From Ramazzottius varieornatus (lineage: Eukaryota; Animalia; Tardigrada): 64,000 nt of DNA. The stretch's first letter is position 1. The number at the start of each line of letters is the position of its first letter. Both the position numbers and the translations under genes were made by a program. The notes under the pieces were generated by a model, which saw only the letters and a list, made by a program, of their open reading frames with translations, was not told the DNA's origin and did not search any database. The stretch covers positions 1,488,001 to 1,552,000 of the forward strand of contig BDGG01000008.1 in assembly GCA_001949185.1 (NCBI GenBank), in the 5' to 3' direction. Below, piece by piece: positions 12,551 through 25,346 of this stretch.

Positions 12551-13543
12551 ACCTCATAATTATAGAATGTCCAGTATTCAAGATCGGCAAACAATTTTAC
12601 TTCGATAGATCTCGGGAGTCGGGAAACGTATTTCGACTGATGCTAGTCATGCTACGTATAACAGCATAATATAACGAAGCTGCGATGTGGAATGTTCAAA
12701 CTCAGCTCTGCAGTAGACTGGGCACGGTAAATGAACTCCGCTTCGGGCGGTATCTTCTGAGCTACCGAGGAGATCATTAACTATACCATCTTACCTTTGT
12801 AGGTCTTCGGAGTAAAGAGGTGTTCAGCCGTTGTGCAGCTGCAGTCCGGTTATCGTGGTGGAGATTCGCGCCGGCTTCGGCCGAAAGTGCCGCGGCTCAT
12901 GCGGTTCGAAGTTCGAACGGACAGTATATCATCAGGGCAATGTCCGTGGACCGTGCTCACAATAGCTCCCAAAACCGATAAAGTGTTGCAGAACGGAGAT
13001 GGGAAAGGCCAGAACCCCAAGTCCTGACTCCTGACCGAAAAACTGGAAGAGAAGAAATAAACGAAGACCGGAAGTTTTCTTTGTTTCACTGATTAGCTGC
13101 TGTACCTCGTCCAGCCGGAAGGTAGTCCTGGTATGACACAAGATCAAGCGATATGAAGGCGGGCCCCATTTTTGTTACGTCAGCGTCCTCCAACGAAAAC
13201 AGAAGACAACTGGAGCAGCAATAGGATCAGAGTATTTCTACGTAAAAAATACATCAGAATCTGGTTCCTTCGGCGTAACTGGTAATGGGTGTTCTTTGGC
13301 GGTCTACGTCGGCTGCTGAGTTATGCGTATCTTGGCACGTCGTTGTTTGCAAAGAACTCGGTAGTACTGGCCCCCGTTCCAGTTTCACATGTTGATTGTT
13401 GATTAGACCGTCAAATTGTCTGATAGTCTTCCCTCTTTCTTGAAAAGTGAATGTTGATAACTTTCTTCCAGCGTAAAGTGACTAAAGTCTTCCTTCTCAT
13501 CAAGTACCCATCTCGGTTCGAACACAGTTTGGCTGGGAACGAA

Positions 13544-15314
13544 ATGGAGTCATCAACGGGCGAAGAAGTCGCTTCTCTGATGATTGAGACAGAAGTCACT
13601 GTGCCTGTGAATGAGGAGCATGTTGTCGCTGCTGTGGATAAGTAAGTTTCCTTTCTTCGCAATACCCCTTCCATTCCTTGATCTGTGCACAACCGGAAAT
13701 GTTTGATAATCTGCAGCGATGACAATCCCATCGCCTTGAACGAATCGGTACCCCACAGAGACTTGGCGGAAGGTGCGAGCATCGATACGGGTGATACGGC
13801 TGACACCTCAGCATCAGGGCAAGAAGTTGGAGAGAACGAACCTGCTGCGAAGCGGCACAAGCTGGACGTTGTCGTCCCCGAAGACTACGTAAGTTGGTTG
13901 GGAGGAAATATTCTGAGTCAAAAGCGGAATTCCATAGCCACTGGACGAAAGAGTGGACTAGAGAGAATAATTTTCTAGATTTTTGATTCTGTAGTCTTAC
14001 AAAACGCAGTTTATACCTCATTGTTGATTTTACTTCCAGGTGGACGAAGAAGAGGATTTCCCTGCGGACTGGAAGGGCGAAGTAGAGGAGGAAGAAGAGG
14101 ACGAGGACGAAGGCTTCTCGATTACTCTTGGTGATACAAGACCGAGGTAAGTTTTTATACGATTTCGCTGCGTGAGTTCTTTCCATAACTGTCGTTCTCT
14201 TCCACTAATTATTTTTCTTTGCAGGATAGATGTCCGCAAGAGTAGGCATGGTCTTTTGAGCAGTTTCCAGACTCCACATGGGCGAGAACTAAATTCTCAG
14301 TATTGCTTCTACAGATTTAAGGAAGGGCGGAATTGACTTCAACGACGTCCCGGAAATCAACGGAGTTCCTGTCACCGAGTTTAACATTGACACACTAGAG
14401 GACAAACCATGGAAAAAGCCAGGTAAAGCCTGCCCGTTTTCTCCTACAGGAAATATTGGAAAAATTTGATACTTGTTTTCCAGGTGCGGATCTTTCGGAC
14501 TATTTTAACTATGGCTTCAATGAAGACACCTGGAGAATGTACTGTGATAAACAGCGTAATATGCGATCGGAAGCTCACAGGCTCGAGCATGCCCACAACC
14601 AGATTTCCACAGTATCCAAAAACGGTACGTTAGTCCGCACTCATTACCATCTCCGAAGTCACTTCTTTGTGTAATGTTGGTGCTTCAGACAACAGTAAAT
14701 ATGGGGGACCTGGAGGACCAGGTGACGAAGCTCCTTTCCGCGCCCAGTTCAGAAGAAGACCCAACCAGGACGGCGGGATGATGAACCAAGCCGGGTAAGT
14801 CTTCCAGCCAAAGTCTTTTCCACTACTGCTTACTGGGTCTAAAGTCCTCAGAGATGTCTTCTGGTTGTAGAAGAGAACGTATGTTGAACCCCATGATGAT
14901 GCGACCTGGTATAATGATGATGCCTGGTGGCATGCACGGACCCGGAATGATGCATCCTATGGGAGCTCGTAACTTCTTCCCTTTACATTCGCTTTTGTTG
15001 TGTGTCTACATCGCTTGCTTGATGCTTTTAGCTATGAATCCGATGATGATGCGGCCCATGGGTCCAATGAGCTTGCACGCTGTGCCGCCGCCCATGAGGC
15101 AGCAGGATCAGCATAGCCAGCAGAGAAGGGACCAGCATGGACCTGATATGGGTACGCCACTGGTCTTTGTTTCTTATTCTTATGTGAAGGCTGGTCTGTC
15201 AGATTCACAAAACATGCTTTCTAACTTTCTGTTTTCGTAGGATTCCGGAGAAATTTAGCGACGTTGACGAGGATCGATACCAGTGGATCTCAGGGAGACG
15301 GATCGACCAGTTAA
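13544..15314 (+). CDS. FIP1L1: Pre-mRNA 3'-end processing factor FIP1-like, multi-exon
   Basis: Fip1 motif across exons: [39 protein letters not shown]. Acidic N-terminus and Met/Pro/Gly-rich C-terminus. Start and stop were inferred from splice phases. Confidence 0.85.
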
Positions 15315-15710
15315 CAGCAACAGCTCCTCTTCGATGAACTGTTTTCTAGGTTTTTGTCCTGACTTACTTGAAGTTGAAACCGAATCGTGCTTTTCTTCAT
15401 AATACCATATAACCATTCGTACATTTCATTCTTCAGCTTTTATCACCTGTACAAAGTGCAAACTACATGATCACGACTTGCAACCAGGCAGGAATGTTAC
15501 CCATGTTGTACTCTTGCTTAAAGGAGGAAAACAGATTTCCGTCGGTAGAACAATTTTACAGTATAAACACATGATAAAATCCGGAATAGTAAGATGGTAC
15601 GTCGTGTAAAGTCGACAGATGGTTTTATTCGAGGATGTAAATTGACTGATCGTTCCTGCACGCATGCAGACTGAGGGCCAGGTCTCTTTCCTTCTACCAT
15701 CATTCCGACG

Positions 15711-15839
15711 CTACTCCGTCTTGTCCGTCCGAGGCTTCGGCGCTGATGTGGCCACGACGTAGTGGTAAAGGACGACCAGAAGCATCAGAGAAACTCCCAG
15801 GATGTTGCAGAATACACCGAGTTGGACGTCTGTGATCAT
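15711..15839 (-). CDS. OST4: Oligosaccharyltransferase subunit 4 (42 aa)
   Basis: [28 protein letters not shown] matches the OST4 signature. 5'UTR splice sites lie at ~15902, ~15958 and ~16015. Confidence 0.92.
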   Translation of the reverse strand: MITDVQLGVFCNILGVSLMLLVVLYHYVVATSAPKPRTDKTE

Positions 15840-16019
15840 GATGAGGCTGCGAAGCGGTTCAGAGAGAACTTCTTGCGACTCGCTGACTCTTCGCTGAACA
15901 CCTGCAATTACCATAAGCCTTATGATCCCGAATCAACAGAACAGGAGCATCCGCTTACCTTGCGAGGAGGAGAAGACTGACGTCCGGAAGTACTGTCTTG
16001 CTGCAAGATACGTACCACT

Positions 16020-16450
16020 CTGAAGATACCAAAAACTAAACAGGCAAAAACTCTGATTTGGAAAGTCGGATTTCAGAATGAATGCTGCGTACCAATCAAT
16101 CTTCTTGGCCAATCAATGTATCCAGGCGCACCGCAACCACGTCGGCACTAATGGTCACGCCTGGAGCGAATCAGAATGCTCTTCCATCGTCGTCAACATT
16201 CGTGGTTGGTTACATGGTTCAATAGCTCCAAATACGCAGAAGGCGGAGCGATGGTGTGACCAATTTCGGCAGGTGGCATTCCAGGCGGCTCTACGGACAA
16301 GCGAGCTGCTGACTGTTTCCACAGCGCCACCAACAAGCCTTCACAAATCACGGTGTTCCACGCGTTGATAATATTGAAGTTGAATTTTCCATCTTTGAAT
16401 TTTCGTCAGCTGATTTTCTTCTTCGTGTCCGCTTCATTATCTCGTTCTTC
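16020..16450. promoter_or_regulatory. Putative bidirectional promoter OST4/SEC61G
   Basis: Short interval between divergent genes. CCAATCAAT occurs twice (16092, 16109) and CCACGTC at 16137. Confidence 0.55.
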
Positions 16451-16613
16451 GCAGTCCCATCTCGCGTGGATTTCATTTCGGAAACCGGAACAGAAGGTAC
16501 GTCAGGTTGTGAAGGATGTCATATCTAGAGAGGGGGTGTGAAGTTATGCAGCCGTCACTGGTTTGCTGAACGTTTCCAGTTTGTGTTCCACATTTCCTTG
16601 CCTCTTGCAGAAA

Positions 16614-16820
16614 ATGGATCAGGTAAACGAGTACATCGAGCCTCTGTACCAGTTCTCCAAGGACTCCATTCGTCTGGTCAAGCGATGCACGAAGCCTGAC
16701 AGGAAAGAGTATCAGAAGATCGCCGTGGCCACAGCCATTGGATTCGCCATCATGGGCTTCATTGGCTTCTTCGTCAAGCTCATCCACATTCCCATCAACA
16801 ACATCATCGTCGGTTCTTAA
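16614..16820 (+). CDS. SEC61G: Protein transport protein Sec61 subunit gamma (68 aa)
   Basis: MDQV...[56 protein letters not shown] 5'UTR intron spans 16497-16610. Confidence 0.97.
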   Translation: MDQVNEYIEPLYQFSKDSIRLVKRCTKPDRKEYQKIAVATAIGFAIMGFIGFFVKLIHIPINNIIVGS

Positions 16821-16912
16821 CTTTATACTTTACTGGCCGAACCCTGCATTCTGATTTTGTGTTTTGAGAATAAGCTGGAACACTCCCTGTTTTTTAGCCA
16901 AATTTCAACTCT

Positions 16913-17712
16913 CCGGTAGGTGGCGTTTCTCTGGAAGAATATCACGATTTTATTGGCGCATAACATCACGAGAGATGGCGCTGTAACGTCACTGTGGAGG
17001 TCGCTGATGATGACGTAGAAATAATGGCGTGCGCTGTAAATTTTTAACGCCCTGGTGGCATCTCGAAACGTTACCCAACGCTTTCGTCAAAACAGTAAAG
17101 TCTTTGAGAAGTCGAATCTTTGGTTTTAGGGGTAGCTCCGAGTTTTCCTTGAGCGATGGTGGTAGAAACAGATCAAGAGCACTTGTACCACATGTGGGCC
17201 CAACGTCGCGTCAGCCTGATTTGATTGCAGTGCTGTGGAAAACTTGAGCTGCCTTCATCCACTCCAAGCTAGCATGTCAGGATACTTCAACTAGGCATTC
17301 GATCCTTGATTAGAGCTTAGCTTTGATTAGAAAGCTTATGTCGTTAAACAGCTTCCGCGTGTGAAGCGGACAAAATTCTGGAGGAATAGCGTAGGCAGGA
17401 ACACTCGATCTTCGTGTAGTCGTACTTAGAGCTCGACTTACAGTCTTTCTTCTGCTTTCAACCGTAATTAGAAGTCGAGAGTAAAAGAATCGTAGAAAAC
17501 GGCCAGAGTTCGTCACATCTACCACATCTGGTGATGTGAAAAATGAATTCTGGACATACTTGTGCGTTAAAGACAGAACAATTGTTGCGTGACATAAGGA
17601 TTTATCGTTTTTTATGAAGTCTTAAAACACAAACTGTGCCGTCGTTTATTATCTTTGGTGATAGGGACCGTCGTCGAACTGTACATGAGGTCAGCTGACC
17701 AGAAGGTGGCGC
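16913..17712 (+). promoter_or_regulatory. Cluster of CTCF-like motifs (possible boundary element)
   Basis: CCGGTAGGTGGCG (16913), AGATGGCGCT (16973) and CCAGAAGGTGGCGC (17699) resemble CCASYAGRKGGCR. Confidence 0.35.
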
Positions 17713-18682
17713 TTTCAGCTCGAAGTTGGCTCGTCGGGTTCTTTGAATGCATTAGCACTATCTGAAGCCTTATCCTTCGCTGCCGGGTTTGAAAGAGTTG
17801 ATTGTTTCGCGGAAAGGTTTTCTTCACTTCATGCAAAAGAGGAGTGCTTTCCCACCGCGGCTTCAGTCATCCTTTCAAGCCTTTCCATATCTGTCGTAAT
17901 TCGAGCCTGAACTGATTAGTGCCCAGAGGATTTCGATTATAATGGGCGAAGCGAACAGCGCAAGGAAATTGGTGCCTGACTGATGGACAGCTTTTGGCAA
18001 TTTCAACGAAGGGAAACACTCTCCGGTGACCAATGTCCATCGCCCTCATCCATCTATGTTGTTCACGTTTAGCTCATTAGTCCATAAGCCAAGCCTAGCC
18101 TGTCTCAGCCTGCTTTGCCTACGCAGCCTCTGTAGCTGGATGAAAAGGCCGTATTCTTGAAAAGGAAGTTGGAACGTGCATTATACGAGAAGCCAAGAGT
18201 AAATTGGATCGGTGAGCGGCACTCATCTGTATGCAATGGCCGCAATGGCATTGCGAAATGGGCCAACCCGAAGAATAGCTTCCAGCGAAAAGGAACAAAC
18301 GAACCCTATGTGTTTATGCAAGACCAACTTGGTTTATGGGAGGTGTAAAAGGAGCTAGTGCAATAGAAGTTCGATTGATCAATGCAGGTGCCCCAGCTGT
18401 CGGAAATTTTTCTGATAAGATTTAGCTTACCGGGCCATAAATCTACAGCGGCGTGCAAGACCTCATTACCTCATTCATACTTTCAGAGCAACAAAATTAA
18501 AACTGCAGAAAAACATCGAGAGAGGTTCCCGACCTGCAGAACCACCACGCTGCATATCAGTTGTAAAATATCGATTACTGCCGATAGTGGATGTATTCAA
18601 CCCTGGATTTTGCTTGACCATTATGATAGGACGCTTAGAAAACACTTTCTGACGTTTCAGAATCCAATCAGCCACTTAGGTG

Positions 18683-18903
18683 CCCTGAAGGCCGGCGAAG
18701 GCCCACTGCAGTTTCGGGAGAAGCAATATGCCACTATAAACGATTAGCCTGGATCCATCAGTAACCCGGGTAGGGCTGATGCATAGTCCATCAGCTATGC
18801 ATCAGCCCAGCCCGGGTTGACTGATAGATGGTCCAGGATACCCGTTTATGATGGCATATTGCTTCTCCCGGAACTGCAGTGGGTCTTCGCCGGCTTTTAG
18901 GCC
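18683..18903. repeat. Long imperfect inverted repeat / foldback (~105-bp arms, ~8-nt loop)
   Basis: The left arm ccggcgaaggcccactgcagtttcgggagaagcaatatgcca...gggctgatgcatag pairs with the right arm ctatgcatcagccc...tggcatattgcttctcccggaactgcagtgggtcttcgccgg. Confidence 0.92.
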
Positions 18904-21900
18904 CGCTTGATAATGAACAGTGGCTGATGTATTATCAAGACGGAAGATTTATGCTTTACTAACACGATTACCCCCTGAAGGGGGCATGTCTGCTTGCAAA
19001 GCGCCTATTTACTAGAGACAGTTTTATACTGCACTTAGTTGTCCAGTTACAGTGCTTTCGTGAAACGATCAGACCTTTTACACAAATGCTCTATATGCTA
19101 GCCATCCCTCCGCTTCAAGACGAGGACGATGACAGCAGCATCAAGTTTTATTCGCATAAATTTATGGGGTCTCAAGGAAAGGGCGACGTTGAAGCCAGAT
19201 TGATCATAAGCGCTTGAGCAGCAATTTCCTATAGATTAGCCCGGCTCAGCCTGCCAATCATGTAACCTCTGGAAATCCAAAACTTGACACCGTCGCTGAC
19301 TTTAATGCCACGACCAGGAAGGAGGCGGTTGCACCACGGTACAGCTTAGCTTGTTGCCAAACAAGCCAAGGAAAATTACAGGAATTAATTTTGACGTGAG
19401 ACCTGGACGAGCAACACTCATCACCTAAACCGGCTTTTACATTTGACGACAAGCCGGCTTCTGATTTGTATCACCGCTGTAATTCTGCGCGATAGAAATT
19501 AGAAGGATGCAGATATGATTGCGACAAGTCGTCGGGCATCGGCGATCGTGTTCGTAACGTGTTGGGAAGCTGTCCGGCAAACGGTCCCTCAGTTAGATAA
19601 TACAAGTAGCACGGCCTGGAGTGTGCTGCCAGACAAGACATGCGGCAGGCGCCTGCCTAAATCATCTCGACAATTTTTCGAGGATACGAGAGCCAAGAAG
19701 GCTGGAGTGAAGCCCGGTTGTCATCCATCTCTAAACATTGATTAAATATTCGTAACTGACTTCTCAAAACCTTAGAATGTAACAGATGGCAGGACGGATC
19801 AGGTTTCTATAGCTTCGTGCTTGGGGAGGCTTATGGCTCTGCATAAAATTTGTCAAAAGGGCGGAACTCTTCGGAAATATTTTGTGCTGTGGTCATCAGC
19901 TGTCCATAATGGCCTTGCGTGTCACATGACGCCAAAACCCGAAGGTATTTGGGAGTTTTGCGTATTGAGCGTGCGTTGAAGATCGCTCAACATAATTCTC
20001 GCCCATCGTTGTGAGTGCGATGTATTTAGTTTAACCACATCGTATGTTATTCATGAGGAAGTTGATCGTAACCCAAAGCGAATTGTCCCATACTAAAGAG
20101 CGTTTATCAGTCGAAAACGATGATATTAGGGAGAGTGGATCTGACGCCACGGGGAGCCATCAATCAAGGGGTGCGCCTCGCTAAAGGAAAAACGTAACGA
20201 AGCTTGTTATCCGGTGGGACGCTGATGTCCTGTGCGTGTTGTGCACTGGTTGTGCATGAGCGATATGGGAGCTCTATAGCTTCGTACCGGCCTGCTTCCC
20301 ACTCACAGATTGAGCCATGCAGCCAGGCGTAGCTTTGATAATGGCGAACGCCGGTCAGCTGCTTTCAATCTTGCGGCGTTTAGTACCATGTTCCCTCGAT
20401 ACAAAGAATTGCACATAAGACCCGCTGAGCTTTTGCATGTTCGTAGCATGTGTGCCAACAGCTTGATCCCGAAGCGATGGCCGCTGCGAAGTGGACCATT
20501 GCATAACGCCCTCTGTTTGGAGAAAGGTTACATGGCTCAAAAAGATTCCTGCTGGGTCTTGCAGTATGTAAAACATTTAAAATTCAATTACGATATGAGC
20601 TGTGTATTGTGTTGGGAGTTTAGAGCACAAACCTTCAGTTTGAATTATGCATCCAGTAAAACCTCGAAGCTATCAACAACCCACTAAGATGTTCAACCAC
20701 TCGGTCTGACAAAATTTGCTCCTGGAAGAAGCACTGATACGGCGGCTTCGTAAGAAGAACCGGCCACACTTTTTTCCATCGATGTAGAAATTTTCTACGA
20801 AAAGTTTGCCAGTTCCAGCAATATGTAGCAAAGGCTCATAAATACTGGATGGCGTATGTAGAGTGGCTTGTCTTGTTCATGCGCTACGGATGAATAGAAT
20901 AATGTTGGGAGAACAGTAATAGGGAAGAGGAGCTCGAAACGGTCGGCAGTTGTCGATGAGTGCTGCTGCTGCTGAAGCAGTCAGCTGTTTCAGACAACGG
21001 CGTTTGGGTTCCCATGGGATGCAAGAAAAAGATGTGCCTGGATTTGCCCTGGTGGTATCCCTTCTAAAAGGCCATAATACCCTGATGCCGGCATGTGCGT
21101 CCCGCTTACCATTCACGCTTCATTACGCCATGACCGCGGGATGTTACTCTTTGGGCCATGCAGCCTAGCGCATCCAGCCAGCGAAATTAATCATTTGTCA
21201 ATATTAATGAAACGAAGCTTTTAAAGTTGCCCAGTAATGCGATCGGCGTTAAGCAACTCTGCATCGTTTACCATGCCAAATCAGACCTTCGCTTTCCTCA
21301 GTTCGGGCCATATGTCCCCTGAATCAATGCCTGTGTCGAATATGTGTCCTCTCCGATACTGCGAAAATCGTCACGAATGCACAGAGGCTGACACAGCTTT
21401 CGTCCACCCTTCTCGCTTTACCGATAATGAGGAAAATCGGCGCCAAACACTATTACGAAATCAATTAACCAATGTCGAAGTTCAGCGTGGCAACATGTGT
21501 AAATGTAATGGCAAGACCTCGACGGAAACCTACCAAGGGAAAAAATAAACATATTGTATAATTTATTTAGAAGATTCACGTCAAGTACTGACATCTTCGT
21601 AAATATGCGTTACTTCATCGGGTGATTGAGAAACGACAGCCAAGCTGCTGTGCTTCTTTGTGATCTTTTTGGCCTTTTCATCTGGACATGTGTGGAGGAA
21701 AATGTGCGCCACATTAGGCCTTGGTGAACAAGCCAAGAAAGCTAATGATGCTGCAAACTTGGGCATCTCATCTGTTCCCTTACGGAAGTTTTTACGAGGC
21801 GACCCATGGCAAGACCTTTTCGGCACATTGCACGTTGACTATCAACAGTGATCCATATACCCAGCACAAACTTTACACCTTATTGCAGCGGTATTCGTAA

Positions 21901-24900
21901 CATACATACATGCCATTCCTGAGCCGTAGTCAGCAAGCTGAAGCTTCGTTAACGATCTGTCATTGTCACATTTTTGCTTGATGGCTCTTTTTACTCTTTG
22001 TACATTCAGATCCCATCTCATGAACTTTGGGCGTGCAGGTTAGAAAGAAACATAAGAAAAATAGAAAGGGCGGAAGACCACCTATTGCTTTCCCCGCCTG
22101 TTCGAACAAAACAAGCAAGCGGGAAATATGAGAAACCAGACGGCGCTTGTTGATACCAAATATTGATTTTTCTGTTGCCGCAGTTGCTGGGCGAAATTAG
22201 CGTCACATCGGAAAACCGATACGCAACCGCGACGGAATGGAGATAAGAAGAGTCCATCACGTGGTATGAGCGACTGACGATTGCCCGTCGGCTATCGACA
22301 GCCCAGATCGAGACAGCAAATAGGAAGAAGGGATTGACTTGCGACTTGGGCTGTTTACCCATCTGACACACCCGAAAGCATTGACGAAGCCTTTTTTGTG
22401 GAATCAAGTCAGAGCCATAATCTGTCCGTACGATTTTAATCAAGCTCAACATCTTGGCTCTCAGGGGACCATCTTGACTCGTCCAAGCATGACACACAAG
22501 TGGACACTATCGACGACCCATCGACAAGAAATAAACATCTTCACGTCCCCAATCAAGCCACTAGCACAGCTCATAACTAAGCGGGGCTGTGCCACTAGCA
22601 TCGAGTTGATGAACAATCGAAATCGTTTCCGTACCACCGAAAACTCCAGAAATTCTAATTTTTCCCAAGTGGGGCACAGTACCTGCCAACACAAACGGGA
22701 GAGTACACCACTTGGGATAACAATCTAGATTATCTCATTTGCCCACGTCCATTTTATAATGCATTATTCACTGTCCAGTTTTTAGTTGGCTATGGCGCCA
22801 CATGGCCCGATATTTTACATCCTTCTGACCGAGACGAGATGGTGAACTCCGGAAGTTACTCCCAGCAGCTTGAGAGTGACTTCCAACAGTGGACATTTGG
22901 CTGTCGATTTAGTGGAAAACCTTTCATCCGTGCACACGCAAATATGAATCAGACAATACGCCAACATGTCGGACAGACAGATGCATTTGCCTTTTTTTTA
23001 TTCAAGGGCTATCGGAGATTATTGTGATGGCCGGAATACAGTCTATGTTTGTTTGACGTGCTGGAGCGTGATGGAAAGTAAAGGTTTGGAGATTTCACGT
23101 CTTGGAAGGACGAATGGATTCCATTAAAAGAAGGATGGTCGTACACACAGGCACACACTGGAAATCCGCAAAGAGGTTGGGCTTGTGGAAACAATTGCTC
23201 AAGACCGTAATGGAACCCCCTCTTTCACATAAAACTTCCTTTTCTATAATCGATGTCGACGGTGCTGCATTTGGCTTTGAGCACTGTGCTTTGGGTATAA
23301 GCCCGTATGTGCTCGTGCTTCGATCGTTCGTTCGATATCAAACTTCATTTCAAACGAGAATTCTGCAAGAAGGAAGTATTGTATATCGCCCTTTCGTTAG
23401 TCAAGAAGACAGACGTAGAAAGTCTCGTCGTCTGAAACTCTTGGTGAAAACGGAAGGTGGAAACCCCGGAGAAGTCTGTAACAACCCACCTACAGAAGCA
23501 ACCTCAACTGATAACTGAACTGTGGTTTTGAAGCTATGCGTGAATGAAGTTGGAGGCGTCTCGAGGACACGAAGCTCTCACAATTAACTCGTAGAAGGCC
23601 CGTAGCTTCGCCCACTTCTTACCCAAAGTGCCAGGATAGACGGCCTGGGTAATTTGCATGTGCGGTCTCGGTGGTCACAACCGAAGAATTGAATACAATG
23701 TTCCAATCGCCATTGATTGAGAAAGGCATTGATAAAGAGAAGCGAGATTTTAGGAAATGACAATGTCGCGTGCTTTCAGAACTTGATGATCAAAGTGGCG
23801 GCAGCACAGAATTAAACAAGTTTTACGGCAATCGGCGCTTGGCACAAGAACTACGCCCACCACTATATGAAGCTTTACGGCAGTAAGCCTTGTTCCTGTC
23901 AGAAGGCTATTCTTGGGAAGCCATAGCCTGTAACGTTGAATTGAAAATGGAAATTTCGGAGGGGCGATGGCTAGGCCACAAAATCCCGGTTAGGCATCAT
24001 TACTCATTTTCAGACCATTATCACCCAAAGCCTGAGCTCTAGCTGACGCCACAGCGTTCCCACGCGAAGTATCAATTTACTTTCCCAATCAAAACTGAAT
24101 TAAAGTAGAAGACTGCTGAACTGGGTTGGATAGATACATGCCTCTCTGGAGCTAACTTCCGAGAGTAGACCCCATGGAAAACAAGGTGCGTTAGTTCATC
24201 CGGGTCTTCAACTAAACGCGTAAAGTTAAGTGGGCAAATGAGCTACACCAGTTCCTTTCTGCATGTGGTGCATACCATCGGCTTATTGCAATAGATATGT
24301 GCGCCACTTGCAATAACGATGTGGTTCAAGTCATTTGCCCAAGTCCTAGTTCGCCTGTACCGCCATCGCACACCAATATCTTTATTTCTGAAACTTTATT
24401 AAGCAAGTTTGAGAACAGACCATGGCTCGTTAGGGAATTCGGACGTTCTGGTTTTTTGAGAGTTTGGTTGGGCGTGAACTTGGTTGTACTATAAAAACTC
24501 GGCCGCGTTCGGACAAGCTTTGGTAACACAGCCATACAGTTACAGCAACCGCAAATTACATTTAAATATTAGTTTGTTCTGTAAAGTACTTCAAATTGAC
24601 CACATTATTATCCAAAATGACAACGGAAGACTAAACTCGGACTCGGCGTACAGAAGGAAGGTGAACTCTAGAAGATTGCTCAAGCGAAGCTGTGCAAAAC
24701 TTCGCTCATTTCTCCGACAGATTTAGGCGAGGGTTTAACTGCGTAACGTTTGACGCTAGATATGCATCCGTCTTATCAAGTTGTGTGATTTCATTAACGG
24801 CTTCTGATGACATGACAGGGCTCTGTTCTTCCTCAACAGTAGGCAAACACTGGCTGGAGAGCAAAGCTCAAATCAGATGAATATATTGACCGGTATCGAG

Positions 24901-25236
24901 ACAGCTTCCCGCGAAAACTGATCCTCTTTTCGCCTTTATCGAGGCCGCATGTAGCCATATCTGCGCATTGGGAGCTCCTGTTGTGCGAAGAGCCTAAGTT
25001 AGAGTAGCACTATACCTCCTGAACACACACACTGTTCCCACCGGAAATGGCTAAAGACGAAATTGCACGGCTCACTCGCCGGCACCAGGCATGTTCACGT
25101 GCCTGTAGATATGAATAAACCCACTTCCGATCTCGCCCTTGAACGCTATACGAACCGAAGTACTCTACCCAGCGGAATCTCCCCAAATAAGTACCGAGAA
25201 GGTCCTTTGCTGAAATTTCTGATCCTACGTTGGCAC

Positions 25237-25346
25237 TCGGCAAATGAACTGAACACGATCGTTATCTCAAGTGGCGCTCGTTGTCAGTGTTATTGGCTAG
25301 GACTGTGCGCCGTTCAAGTCAGTTGCCGACGTCCCACTTTTTCCCG
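25237..25346. mobile_element. Palindromic MITE-like family copy 1
   Basis: tcggcaaatgaa...gatcgttatctcaagtggcgctc-N25-gtgcgccgttcaag. Confidence 0.7.

Noticed and set aside
12833-13170. Short ORFs between GT92 and FIP1
   Set aside because: There is no recognisable domain. The region is more likely 5'UTR or promoter sequence, with a minus-strand donor near 12794.
13411-14186. 149- and 196-aa minus-strand ORFs
   Set aside because: They are antisense to FIP1 exons and introns, with no motifs.
16092-16143. Canonical ERSE (CCAAT-N9-CCACG)
   Set aside because: Both half-sites are present but the spacing is not 9 nt.
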